This document shows, one piece after another, positions 1-14,900 of a stretch of DNA of 64,000 bases. Position numbers and translations under genes: made by a program. Source of the stretch: an uncultured Methanomassiliicoccales archaeon. GTDB taxonomy: Archaea; Thermoplasmatota; Thermoplasmata; Methanomassiliicoccales; UBA472. The stretch's first letter is position 1; each line of letters begins with the position of its first letter. The notes beneath the pieces were generated by a model that saw only the letters and a list, made by a program, of their open reading frames with translations, did not search any database and was not told where the DNA came from. The stretch lies in contig CAVQBH010000009.1 of NCBI GenBank assembly GCA_963710685.1, forward strand, positions 755,673-819,672, in the 5' to 3' direction.

Positions 1-775
1 TCAAGATCCGCGTCCGTGACGAGAGGATACCGGAACTGGGAGACAAGTTCGCGTCCAGGCACGGACAGAAGGGGGTCATCGGTCTGATCGCCCCGCCCGA
101 GGACCTGCCGTTCACCACCGACGGGATAATCCCTGACCTGGTCATCAACCCGCACGCCATCCCATCCCGTATGACCGTCGCCCACATTCTGGAGATGGTC
201 GGAGGGAAGGTCGGCTCGATGGAGTCGAGGCTGATCGACGGCACGCCCTTCTCAGGTGAGAGGGAGGACGCTATCCGTGAGTCGCTGGTGCGCAATGGCT
301 TCATGCACTCCGGAAGGGAGGTCATGTACGACGGCCTCACCGGCCAGATGATCGGAGCGGACATCTTCATCGGCGTCATCTACTACCAGAAGCTGCACCA
401 CATGGTGTCCGGCAAGATGCACGTCCGGTCAAGGGGACCGGTCCAGATCCTTACCAGGCAACCGACCGAGGGTCGTTCCAGGCAAGGAGGTCTGAGGTTC
501 GGTGAGATGGAGAGGGACTGCCTGATCGGGCACGGAGCCGCGATGGTCATCAAGGACCGTCTTCTGGACGAGTCCGACGGAACGTTCCAATACGTATGCG
601 GCAACGGAAACTGCGGCCACATGGCGATGCTCGACCGGCGCGGCTCTTTACGCTGCCCGGTGTGTGGCAACAACACCAACGTTCACTTGGTCCAGACCTC
701 GTATGCGTTCAAGCTGCTCCTCGATGAGCTGCTGTCGCTAGGTGTGGCCATGCGTCTTCAACTGGAGGACTTGCG

Positions 776-779
<4 letters not shown>
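1..779 (+). CDS. rpoB: DNA-directed RNA polymerase subunit B (B' if split), C-terminal part, 5'-truncated by window edge
   Basis: The frame is open from nt 3 to TGA 777-779. Translation reads [27 protein letters not shown]...[10 protein letters not shown], with a C-terminal Cys4 ribbon [13 protein letters not shown]. It is followed by rpoA1 with an ATGA overlap. Confidence 0.95.
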
Positions 780-5007
<4,228 letters not shown>

Positions 5008-5009
5008 AA

Positions 5010-5291
5010 ATGATTGATATGGGAAGATCTTTAAAGACCGCAATAACCACTGGCAAAGTGGTATTCGGTGTACAGCAAGCGGAAAAAGCCGTAAAGAGCG
5101 GAGAGGCTAAGCTATTGGTCGTTTCAAACAACTGCCCGAGCGAGTTCCTCATGTCGAAGACCCACAGCGTCCCGGTCCACGTGTACGAAGGCACGAACAT
5201 GGACCTGGGAGCACTGGCTGGTAAACCATTCTCGGTTTCGGCAATCGCGATCATCGACAAGGGCACGTCCAACATTCTTTCGTTGGGATGA
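5010..5291 (+). CDS. rpl30e: 50S ribosomal protein L30e
   Basis: 93-aa ORF 2 nt after rpoA2. The sequence is L7Ae/L30e-like (GKVVFGVQQAEKAVKSGEAKLLVVSNNCP). It sits at the canonical position between rpoA2 and nusA. Confidence 0.9.
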   Translation: MIDMGRSLKTAITTGKVVFGVQQAEKAVKSGEAKLLVVSNNCPSEFLMSKTHSVPVHVYEGTNMDLGALAGKPFSVSAIAIIDKGTSNILSLG

Positions 5292-5292
5292 T

Positions 5293-5718
5293 ATGGCAGA
5301 GATCACTTTCACCGAAGAGACGCTCAGGTACATCGCCCTGTTCGAGTCGGTAACCAGGACCCACGTGAAGGACTGTCTGGAGACCGAGGACAAGCTGGTC
5401 TTCGTCGTCGACCCGGGGCAGGCTAACCGGGCCGTGGGCAAGGCGGGCGAGAACGTCATACGGCTCAAGAACACCACCGGGAAGAACATCCAGGTGGTCG
5501 AGTACTCGGACGACCCGGAGACGTTCATCAAGAACGTGTTCTACAACTACAATGTCCAGGGGGTCGTCATCGAGAACCGCGGCAACATCGTGCACGCCAC
5601 GGTAACGGTGGACCCGAAGGTCAAGGGACGCGCCATCGGCAAGAACGGGCGCAACCTGAAGATCGCCAGGGACATCGTGAACCGGCATCACAACGTGCAG
5701 AGCATCAGCGTAGCCTGA
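5293..5718 (+). CDS. nusA: archaeal NusA-like transcription termination/antitermination protein (two KH domains)
   Basis: 141-aa ORF with KH-type GxxG segments (GKAGENVIRLK, GKNGRNLKIARDI). It sits at the conserved position after rpl30e. Confidence 0.85.
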   Translation: MAEITFTEETLRYIALFESVTRTHVKDCLETEDKLVFVVDPGQANRAVGKAGENVIRLKNTTGKNIQVVEYSDDPETFIKNVFYNYNVQGVVIENRGNIVHATVTVDPKVKGRAIGKNGRNLKIARDIVNRHHNVQSISVA

Positions 5719-5757
5719 ACGAGTCAAACCCCTTTCAAACCGATTTTCCATTTTTTT

Positions 5758-7030
5758 GTTTCTCTTCAACCTTGAGTGGGTAAAGGGATTTCTTTTGGGA
5801 TAGCGTTACCCGTTCCGTGGACGACAAGCAGCTGTTCCAGGCAACCTTGGGGCTGAAAGCCCCATGGTTCGTGAGCGAAGTCAAGCTGGACAAGGTCGAA
5901 AAGAGGCTGGACATCTTCATTGATTTCAATCGAGGGGCAAGGTTCCCTTGCCCCGACTGTAAAACGCTGTGCGAAATCCACGATACGAGCCAGCGTACCT
6001 GGAGGCATCTCAACTTCTTCGAATATGAGACGTTTCTGCACGCCCGAGTTCCAAGGGCGAAATGTCCCGGGCACGGAGTTAAGCAGGTCGAGCTCCCTTG
6101 GGCCCGACCTAATTCTGGGTTCACGTTGCACATCGAAGCGATGGTGCTGGCATTGAGCGATGAGATGTCCGTGGCCGGCATCGCCGGCCACCTGGATGTC
6201 GGTGAGGACTCGATCTGGCGAATACTCCAGTACTATGTCAACGAAGCGAGGAAGAACGTTGACCTGAGCCAGGTCGACCAGATCGCGATCGATGAGTTCG
6301 CTGTGGCCAAGGGCCACAGCTATGTGACATTCTTCTACGACCTCAAGGGAAGGAGAGTGATTCACATCGCCGAGGGCAAGGGAAAGGAATCGTTCACCAG
6401 CTTCGTCCAGGCAGTGGAAGGCCGCCTCGATCCGAGGTTGATCAAGCTGGTATGCATGGATCTATCTCCGTCGTTCATCGGAGGCTGCCGGGACACCTTT
6501 CCAGACGCGATAATGGTCTTCGACCATTTCCACGTCATTAAGCTCCTGAACGACACCATCAACCGGATCAGGCTGGAAGAGGCCAGGGAGAACGGCGACC
6601 TGAAAAGGACCAAGTTCCTCTGGCTGACGAATCCAGAGAACTTGTCGGAGAAGCAGGAGCGGATGCTCCTGCACGTCAAGGAGCTTGACATCAAAACGGC
6701 GAAGGCGTACCAGTTCAAGCTGGCCATCCAGCGTGTCTGGGAACTGCCACCACACCAGGCCAGGCAATATCTCAAGAAGTGGATCGCCTGGGCCGAAGGA
6801 TGTAATCTGCCGGAGATGTCGAAACTGGCAAAAAGCATCAGGAATCACATCGAAGGCATCATCGAGAGCGTACGCCAGAGGATCACCTCTGGCTATGCTG
6901 AGGGCCTTAACAACAAAATACGCACGGCGTTCCGCCGTGCCTACGGTTTCAAGGCCAGAGAATATCGGGACACGATGATTTATCTCATCGCGGGAGAGCT
7001 CAACCTACCCACACAGAACTGAAGAGAAGC
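5758..7030 (+). mobile_element. ISL3-family insertion sequence (1273 bp) inserted in an oligo-T tract
   Basis: The terminal inverted repeats are GTTTCTCTTCAACCTTGAGTGGGTA (5758-5782) and the reverse complement of 7006-7030, GCTTCTCTTCAGTTCTGTGTGGGTA (19/25 identical). There is a single transposase ORF. The flanking T-runs ATTTTTTT (5750-5757) and TTTTTTTT (7031-7038) fit an 8-bp target duplication. Confidence 0.8.
5817..7022 (+). CDS. ISL3-family transposase
   Basis: 401-aa ORF with a GTG start. The N-terminal zinc-finger region reads FPCPDCKTLCEIHDTSQRTWRHLNFFEYETFLHARVPRAKCPGHG, as in IS204/IS1001/IS1096/IS1165-type transposases. The stop codon lies inside the right IR. Confidence 0.9.
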   Translation: MDDKQLFQATLGLKAPWFVSEVKLDKVEKRLDIFIDFNRGARFPCPDCKTLCEIHDTSQRTWRHLNFFEYETFLHARVPRAKCPGHGVKQVELPWARPNSGFTLHIEAMVLALSDEMSVAGIAGHLDVGEDSIWRILQYYVNEARKNVDLSQVDQIAIDEFAVAKGHSYVTFFYDLKGRRVIHIAEGKGKESFTSFVQAVEGRLDPRLIKLVCMDLSPSFIGGCRDTFPDAIMVFDHFHVIKLLNDTINRIRLEEARENGDLKRTKFLWLTNPENLSEKQERMLLHVKELDIKTAKAYQFKLAIQRVWELPPHQARQYLKKWIAWAEGCNLPEMSKLAKSIRNHIEGIIESVRQRITSGYAEGLNNKIRTAFRRAYGFKAREYRDTMIYLIAGELNLPTQN

Positions 7031-7044
7031 TTTTTTTTCTGTTC

Positions 7045-8160
7045 CTAGCGGAGCGGTCGCCGTTCCACCTCTAGATGGTCGGCGGTCGGATAGACCTCGA
7101 CGATATAACAGTCCAGTCCAAGTTCCGGGAACAGCTCCTCGAGTATCCATGGGGCGATTTCGAGCCGCTTCCTTCCCGGGTCTGGTCTCATCAGGTCCAT
7201 CGGGACGTCATACTCGGAACGCAACCGCAGCGCCACCGCCTCCGGGTCCAGGGTCTCGATGACCCCCTTGATCAGCAGGCCCTCGTCGGTCACCAGGTCA
7301 TACTTGTTCGCCACCCTGCGGGCCCGGCGCTTGATGCGGTTCCGAAGCTGCACCACGTCCTTGAAGCTGGATGAGCAGAAATGAACCGCCACTCGGCGCT
7401 CCTGTTTGAGCAGCCGCTTGGCCATCGCGGCACTCCCCTTCACCGCACTGGAGACATCGTCGGTCACGCTGAATCCCCTTTCGTTCAGCGCTTCGGCGTT
7501 GGTGTGGGAGAACTCAAGCTCGTTGAGGTTGACGAAATCGAGCCCGATGCGTTCTGCGAAATCGATCAGGCTTCTGAGGCCGTTCTCCTCTCCCGGGATC
7601 GCCGGCACCTCGAAGCCGACAGGGATGCCCAATCCTGCCACCGCCTCTTCTATCCCTTGGTCCTCCAGGGATCCCCAGGTCTCCACCTGGGGATGGATCC
7701 TGAGCTCGTCCAGTCCAGCCTCCGCCAGGGCCCGGAACTTCTTCCGGTCGACGGTGGAGGTGTAGAGGTGGATGTGGTGCTGGGCGCCGAATTCGCCTTT
7801 CAGCAGCCCGATATGGTTAAGGGTCCGGTCCATGACGTCGAGCGGATCCCCTCCGGTTATGCCCGATCCCTGTGCGGCGATGCTCCGGGCCTCATCCAAA
7901 ATGTCCAAATCGTCGAACACCTGACGTTCGTTTGCGAACACCAGGTCCTTTCCTTTCTTCTTTTCCGACAACGGGCAATAGTAACAGGTCATGCGACACC
8001 TTCCAGTGACCAGCAAGACCATCTTTGCGCCCTTCTTGCACTGAATGCAACCCATGGGCAGCTCTCCGGTATAGCATGAGCCCGCCTGCATTCTCCTGAT
8101 CTGTACCATCGGAGATTCGGACGCCGAACGGACTAATATAACTTCCCCGGAGGAAACCAA
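7045..8160 (-). CDS. radical SAM protein of unknown function (pyruvate formate-lyase-activase-related type)
   Basis: 371-aa ORF with a CX3CX2C cluster motif (CRMTCYYC) preceded by CIQC. The start is uncertain: TTG at 8160 or ATG at 8109. Confidence 0.8.
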   Translation of the reverse strand: MVSSGEVILVRSASESPMVQIRRMQAGSCYTGELPMGCIQCKKGAKMVLLVTGRCRMTCYYCPLSEKKKGKDLVFANERQVFDDLDILDEARSIAAQGSGITGGDPLDVMDRTLNHIGLLKGEFGAQHHIHLYTSTVDRKKFRALAEAGLDELRIHPQVETWGSLEDQGIEEAVAGLGIPVGFEVPAIPGEENGLRSLIDFAERIGLDFVNLNELEFSHTNAEALNERGFSVTDDVSSAVKGSAAMAKRLLKQERRVAVHFCSSSFKDVVQLRNRIKRRARRVANKYDLVTDEGLLIKGVIETLDPEAVALRLRSEYDVPMDLMRPDPGRKRLEIAPWILEELFPELGLDCYIVEVYPTADHLEVERRPLR

Positions 8161-8203
8161 AGATACTAAGGGAGCGACGGTTTTCCGTTACCGGGAGAAG
8201 ACA

Positions 8204-8854
8204 ATGCGCAAAAGGTCGAGGCTCATTCTGGCGCTTGACGAGACGAACGAGCGGAAGGCCTTGGAAGTGGCCGATTCCGTCGGTGACCTGGTGGATGCGA
8301 TCAAGATCAATTGGCCGTTAGTTCTGTCCACATCCTCGGAGATCATCACCCGGCTTTCCCGTCGGTCCGAGGTCATCTGCGACTTCAAGGTGGCAGACAT
8401 CCCGAACACGAACAAGCTCATCGTTTCCGAGGCGGTCCAACGCGGCGCCTCCGGGGTCATCGTCCATGCCTTCACCGGGAGCGATTCGGTCAAGGCCGCG
8501 GTGGAGGCCGCCGAGGGCAAGGACATCTACGTGGTCACGGAGATGAGCCATCCTGGCGGCTCAGAGTTCACGGCGCCGGCCGCCGAACGACTGGCAAGGA
8601 TAGCGGTGGAGTGTGGTGCGTCCGGGGTCATCGCGCCGGCCACCAGGCCCGAGAGGGTCAGGGCCATCAGACAGGTGATCGGTCCGGGTCTGTCCATCCT
8701 CTCCCCGGGGGTGGGGGCGCAGGGCGGTTCGGCGACCAAGGCATTGGAGATGGGGGCTGACTACGTGATCGTAGGTCGGGCGATTTATGGTGACTCTAAT
8801 CCGAGGGAATCAGCTAGCCGATATATCGAGGAAATCAAAGGTCTGAGATTTTAG
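8204..8854 (+). CDS. pyrF: orotidine 5'-phosphate decarboxylase
   Basis: 216-aa ORF with LALDETN and DFKVADIPNT active-site motifs and a C-terminal IVGRAI. Confidence 0.9.
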   Translation: MRKRSRLILALDETNERKALEVADSVGDLVDAIKINWPLVLSTSSEIITRLSRRSEVICDFKVADIPNTNKLIVSEAVQRGASGVIVHAFTGSDSVKAAVEAAEGKDIYVVTEMSHPGGSEFTAPAAERLARIAVECGASGVIAPATRPERVRAIRQVIGPGLSILSPGVGAQGGSATKALEMGADYVIVGRAIYGDSNPRESASRYIEEIKGLRF

Positions 8855-8922
8855 GCCTTTGAGAGGGGTCCGTATTGTACTATCCAGACAATCGAGATAA
8901 ATGTCTAATAATTGGACTAAGG

Positions 8923-8930
8923 TTTTAATA
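8923..8930 (+). promoter_or_regulatory. putative TATA box for aglB, with AGGAGA Shine-Dalgarno at 8963-8968
   Basis: TTTTAATA lies about 45 nt upstream of ATG 8975 in an AT-rich intergenic region. AGGAGA lies 6 nt before the ATG. Confidence 0.35.
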
Positions 8931-8974
8931 GCTCGTTCTGCATCAACTGCTAGATTTTCCTCAGGAGAATACAG

Positions 8975-11900
8975 ATGGCATCATCAATGGAAGGGCCGAA
9001 GAGCCCCGCCGAGAAGAAGCGTTCTGCAGGAATTTCCAGACTGAATTCGAAATTTTCGAATACCTGGCTGGGAAGGAACTGGCAAACGGTGCTAATAATC
9101 GTGCTACTGGTGGTCGTAGCACTGCTCATCAGAACCTACTTCGCATACTCCACCGCCGTCAACAACGGTTTCCTCGTTTCCGGAGGTTCTGATTCGTACT
9201 ATCACGAGCGCGTGATCGACAACTTTGCGTCCTCTGGGCAATGGCTCTTCCATGATCCGATGCTGAACTATCCAGCTGGCGTCAGGAACGAAAGGCCTCC
9301 ACTGTACGACTTCTCCGTCGCCGTTTCCGGGATGTTGTTGCACTCCGTGACCGGGATCTCACTGTCTGACAGTCTTGGCTATTCCCTGCTCTGGTCGACA
9401 GCTATCTGGGGGTCATTGACGGTCATCCCCGTGTACCTGGTCACTAAAACCGTATTCGGGAAAAAACCAGCGATACTGGCTGCAATGTTGTTCGCCGTAA
9501 GTGCCGCGGCCATTTCGCGTTCAGTGTTCTCAGATGCGGATCACGATGCAACGGCATTGTTCTTCGCTGTGTGTGCGTTCTTCTTCCTTATCCGCTCGCT
9601 CCAGACCATAAAGGGCGAGAAATGGGTTGCCCATTGGAGTAAGTTCGCGGATATCAAGACCGGACTGAAAACGTTCGCATCCATGAACTCGGCATCCATG
9701 TTGTATGCCGCACTGGGTGGCGTGTGCGTCGCGTTCATCGCAATGTTCTGGACTGGTTACGACTACCTGTTGATCATCGTGCTCGTATTCTTCATTGTTC
9801 AGATCATCATCGACAGGTTCCGGAACAGTGATTCACTGGGCCTGGTGGTTTCTGTCGGAATAATGTTCAGTGTCGCCTTTTTGGTCATGGCCCCGTTGTA
9901 TATCCAGGCGGGTTATGTGAATGTCTGGCTTGATACTCCTGTGGAGATATTCGTGGTCGCCATGATCGCCGGGATGGTGTTCGTGGTGACGAGGGACTAT
10001 CCCTGGACCCTTACCCTGCCCATAATAATCCTGATCTCGATAGGGGCGATGATAGCATGCGTCATAATCTCACCTAATTTCTTCAATGCGATCATATCCG
10101 GACAAGGTTATCTGGTAAAGAATAAGCTTTATTCCACCATTGCCGAGGCGACAGCTCCGGAGTTCTCCACGCTGGTGCTATCCTTTGGCGCGGCCACCTT
10201 CTGGTTGGCCGTGGTCGGCATCGGATACGTCATCACAAAGCTATGGAAGAATCCGTCCATGCCGGCTGTCTTCTTCGTGGTCTGGACCGCGGTCACCGTT
10301 TATATGGCCGCATCTGCGGCCAGATTTTTGCTCAATGCAGCGCCAAGCGTAGCTGCGATGGCCGGCCTGGTGCTGATGCTGATCATCGACAGGGCCGAGT
10401 TCAGCGGGTTCTACAAGTCAATGGCCGGCTCACGGGGCAGCCTGCTTCGCAACCTGCGCAAATCGATCAAGTTCCGTCACATCTTCGTGTTCCTGGTGGT
10501 CTTGGGCCTCGTGGTCCTGCCAAACGTTTGGACGGCCCTCGATGCAGGCATCCCCAACCAGACCAAGAAGGCGTATGACCGGCAGATCTATGATGCCACG
10601 CCAGACATCCTTAAACCTTCGACCTATGACGTCACGAACGGGACCTACTGGTACCTGGGTGCGTTCTCCTATGACCTGCCATTGCCTACCACGTATTATC
10701 CAGCGGCATGGATATGGTTCAATGAACGGGATGCAAACATCACCAATCCTCTGGAAAGGCCGGCATACCTCTCCTGGTGGGACTATGGTTTCGAGGCCAT
10801 CCAGGCTGGGGGACATCCGACCGTCGCCGACAACTTCCAGAACGGCTATAATATGGCTGCATCGTTCCTCATGTGTTCGAACGAGACCGGCGCCATCGCA
10901 TTGATGGTGACCAGGATCCTGGAAACGGTTCGGCTGGACAACAGCACTGACGTATCTGTTTCCACGATTGCATTGCTGCAGAGCTACGGTGTCAACCTCA
11001 GTGAGATGTACCACATCATGGCCCGGCCGGCCGATTACATCAGCGTGGTCCTGAACAACCCTGCTATCTATGGCCCGTATTCCCCCGATCTGTCTGCCTA
11101 CAACGCATTCTACGCAGCCTCCCGGGTCGAACTGTCCAAGATAGGCGAGAACAAACTGGTATCGCTGTACCATGACCTCCGTGGCCTGACCGGTTACAAT
11201 ATCGGTTACTTCGCGGTCGACAGCCGGCTGTTCCCGTTCTCGGCCACCAGCCAGAACATCTTCTATGCCCCGGCCAAGTTAGCGGACCAGAATATCGACC
11301 CGCTGTCCAATGCACCCACGGACTACTATACCATAACCGCGGTGGACCAGTACGGCACCGAGTATCCATTGTCGGAGGTGACCTCCACGATGACCATAGC
11401 CAGCTACAACATACACTACACCGCCTTGTTCTACCAGACGATGTTGTATCGTGCATTCATGGGCTATGGTCCCTACGACATCGGTCTAACGTCCCAGGGC
11501 ATACCAGGCATAAGTGGCAGCCTCACCTACTACCCGCCCATGGAAGGCTGGAACCTGACCCACTTCAAGATGGTCTACCGCACCGCCTACTACAATCCGT
11601 ACACCGACTACAGCAACCACACCGACGCCTGGGTAGCGATCAACTACACCCAGGGCCAGGAGTATGAGCTGCTGATTAATGCCGGCAAGATGAACGGAAC
11701 GGTGGACCTGTCCGCCGGAGGCCTCTACAGTGCCGTCGTCTTCCTGCAGTACTACGATGGTGTGACGATTTCGGGAAAGGCCGTTTCCCAGAACGGTGAG
11801 CCCATGGCGAACGTCTATGTGACCGCCCTGGACGATAACCGTGATCCGACCTACTATCCGTACGGGATACCACACCAGACGGTGAAGACGGACGCGAACG

Positions 11901-14900
11901 GGAGCTACAGCATCATCGCCCCCTTCGGCAACACCACGATCGCCTACAGCTATGGCACTTTGGACAACCTCACGCAGCTGGCCACAGTCATAACCACCAG
12001 ATCCTACCAGATCAGCTACGCGCAGGCCATGGGAGCGACCGGGGCCGGTGGGAACCAGTCTCAAATCAATGGCAATATCACATTGAACGCCGCAAACCTA
12101 TCGGGCAAAGTTTACTGGGATAGGGATGGCGACTCGAAGTACACCGTGGGCACGGACATCCTCATCACCAATGCCACGGTCGTCCTGGAGAACAAGACCA
12201 CTGGCTACTACAAGAGCCAGGTGAGCACCGCGAGCGGTTACTCGTTCTCCGGCCTTCCCCCGGCGACGGTCAATATGTATGCCATATACCAGGGCCACAT
12301 CATCGGGAACGTCTCCGTCGACCTGAACCCGAAGAATGGCAACATAACCCAGGACCTGGCCATCAAGCCAGCCCAGGTGAAGGGAGTGATCATGCTCCCG
12401 TCGGGAGATGTGGCGGCCAACGTCCAGCTCCAGCTGAAGGACCTGACGACATCCCGTTTGATCAACACCACGACGAGCGCGGCGGGGCAGTTCACGTACG
12501 ACCTCCTGTTCTCGGGTGAATACGCACTGAGCTCCGCGAGCTCCGCAATGAGCTTGGGGGTGCAGACGTACAACTTGACCGCCGGTGAGGTGCTCAACAA
12601 GGCGCTGACGATCTACTCCTCCATGACGCTGACCGGACTCGTGTCCAACAACGGAAACGCGGTCCCCTATGCCCAGATCGAGATCCTGAACGGCCTAAGG
12701 CAGATATGGACCTCGGCCGATGTCAACGGGGACTATTCCATCACGGTACCGCTTGACAACTACACGGTCTACTCGTTCGCCACGGTCAAAGGGGTCCAAC
12801 TCGTGGCCCTGACCAATGTGACCGGTTCCGCCAGCTCGTTGACGGAGAACCTGAATCTGGCTTCCGGGAACCCGACCAGCCTGCAGGTGAACACTACCGG
12901 CGGTCTGAGCGGTGTGCAGTTCGTCATCCGTTCCAAATCGATCCCGGCGGAGATCTACGCCATCTCCAATTCGACCGGCGGGGTCCAGGTCCTGTTGCCG
13001 GCGGGCGTCTACTCGGTCTATGCGTTCGAGACCTCCCTGGTCTTCTGGGCCGACCTGACATTGCCCGGGACCGGGGTCCAGAACATCACCCTGGTAAATG
13101 CCGCGACGCTCTCGGGCAAGGTGTGGTTCGATGCCAACTCTGACGGATCGATGGCGACGAGCGAGGGGGTCGGCAACGCGACCATCAAGGTAACCGACCA
13201 GGCCGGAAACCAGCTCACCTTCATCACCGACAGCACAGGCGCCTACAGTGTGCCCCTGGTGGTCAACGGGACCTACACCATGACCGAGACCCTGGTGAAC
13301 TATGTGACCAACAGTTTCACGTACACCAACTTCAACACCTCGACGGTTAATAACATCCAGCTTGTGCCGGTGAACCGCACCGTCTCCATGACGGTCACCT
13401 TCAACGGAGGCGCGCCGGCAAAGCCGCTGACGGTAATCATGACCGCCGTCGGTAAGGGCGCGATCACGACACAGGGGGTCACCACCGCCGCCGGTGCCCT
13501 GACACTCAACGTGCGTCCCGGTCTGTACGACATCACTATCGGCGAGAATGTGACCAACAACACCAACGATCAGTACCAGCTGGGCGCGGGGACCGTTCCC
13601 CTCTCGGTCCTGATCGGGCATGACCCGGCGCCGCTCAACCTGACGGCGGTCGAGCGTTTCCTGGTTACGGGTGTCTCCGCCGGCGGCGCGACCAATGTGA
13701 CCTTCACCGGAAAGGACGTGCGAGCAGAGACGCTGGGCGCCGGGGCTGGTTACAGCGTGTACCTCATGAACGGGGTCTACGGGGTGTATGCGGATGTGAA
13801 TTCCACCTCCGGTCATACCGCCCTCTTCACCACCACGACCATTGCCGGGCCGACCACCTATGACATAGTGGCGGTCCCTTCCAGCCTGGTACAGGTACAG
13901 GTCCAATTCAACGGAAAAACGTTGAACGCCAGTGCCACGATAACGTTCATCTCGGCCGACGGGGCGACCTACAATGCCACCACCAACGCCACCGGCTATC
14001 TCGGGGTGTACATGCCCTCCGGGCAGCTGACAGCTAAGGCCGACGTCCACACCGTCGGTGTGCTCAACGGGGCGAACCGCTATCTGCGCTACACCGGCTC
14101 GAACACGATCAACGTAGGCACAGCAGCGATCCCATTGAACGTGGACACCGCCCGGGCCTTGGATAACAGCACCGTGACCGGCACTATGACCGCAGTGGGA
14201 GGGGGGGCCGCGTCGGGAACGATAACCTTCGCTCCTGATTCCGCCACCGCGATCTGGTCCAACTACACCACTGCCACCGGGTCGATAAACGTCCAGTTGG
14301 CTCCTGGTAACTATAATGTGTACGCCAATGCCGGGGCCAACGGAGTGTTCCTGGGAAAGGTCACAGTATCTAGCTACCTTAACCAGACCACGAACCTCCA
14401 GCTGGTGAACGGCCTGACATACCACGGCACCACCCTGATCGGAACCTCTCCGGTCTCGGCCACCCTGACCTTCGCCTCCACCGGCAACGTTACCGCCAGT
14501 TCCGCGGCCGATGGAACGTTCTCGGTCGATCTGCCCGCCGGCAGCTATGCAGTGCAGGCCTCGGCATTCCTGGTGGAACAGGGGACCAACATCCCATACA
14601 CCAAGGCCTTCACCCAAACCCTGACCGCCGATACCACGGCCCAATTGATACTGGAACGCGCCAACACGCGCAGCGTCAAGGTCTATTGGGACCCGTCCCA
14701 GCAGGCCACGCTGAAGGCCAACCAGACCGCCGTGTACAACATAACGGTGACCAACACCGGCGATCTGGCGGACGTGTACAACCTGGCCGCTTCGGCGACC
14801 GGATGGAACGTCTCGCTGTCGCAAAAGAACGTCAGCCTCGACTTCGGTGCCGCTGGGGTCGCGACCATCCAGATGACCATAACGCCGTCCAGTACGACCA

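Noticed and set aside
12695-14824. A 709-aa ORF on the minus strand, antisense to the aglB extension. Similar long antisense ORFs occur at 3463-4521, 25509-26633, 33317-34240, 35140-36069, 38032-38982, 46480-47394 and 47706-48803.
   Set aside because: Their Gly/Arg/Val/Asp/His/Pro-rich, low-complexity composition is typical of the stop-poor antisense frame of GC-rich genes. Each lies entirely inside a strongly supported gene on the other strand, and none carries a recognisable motif.
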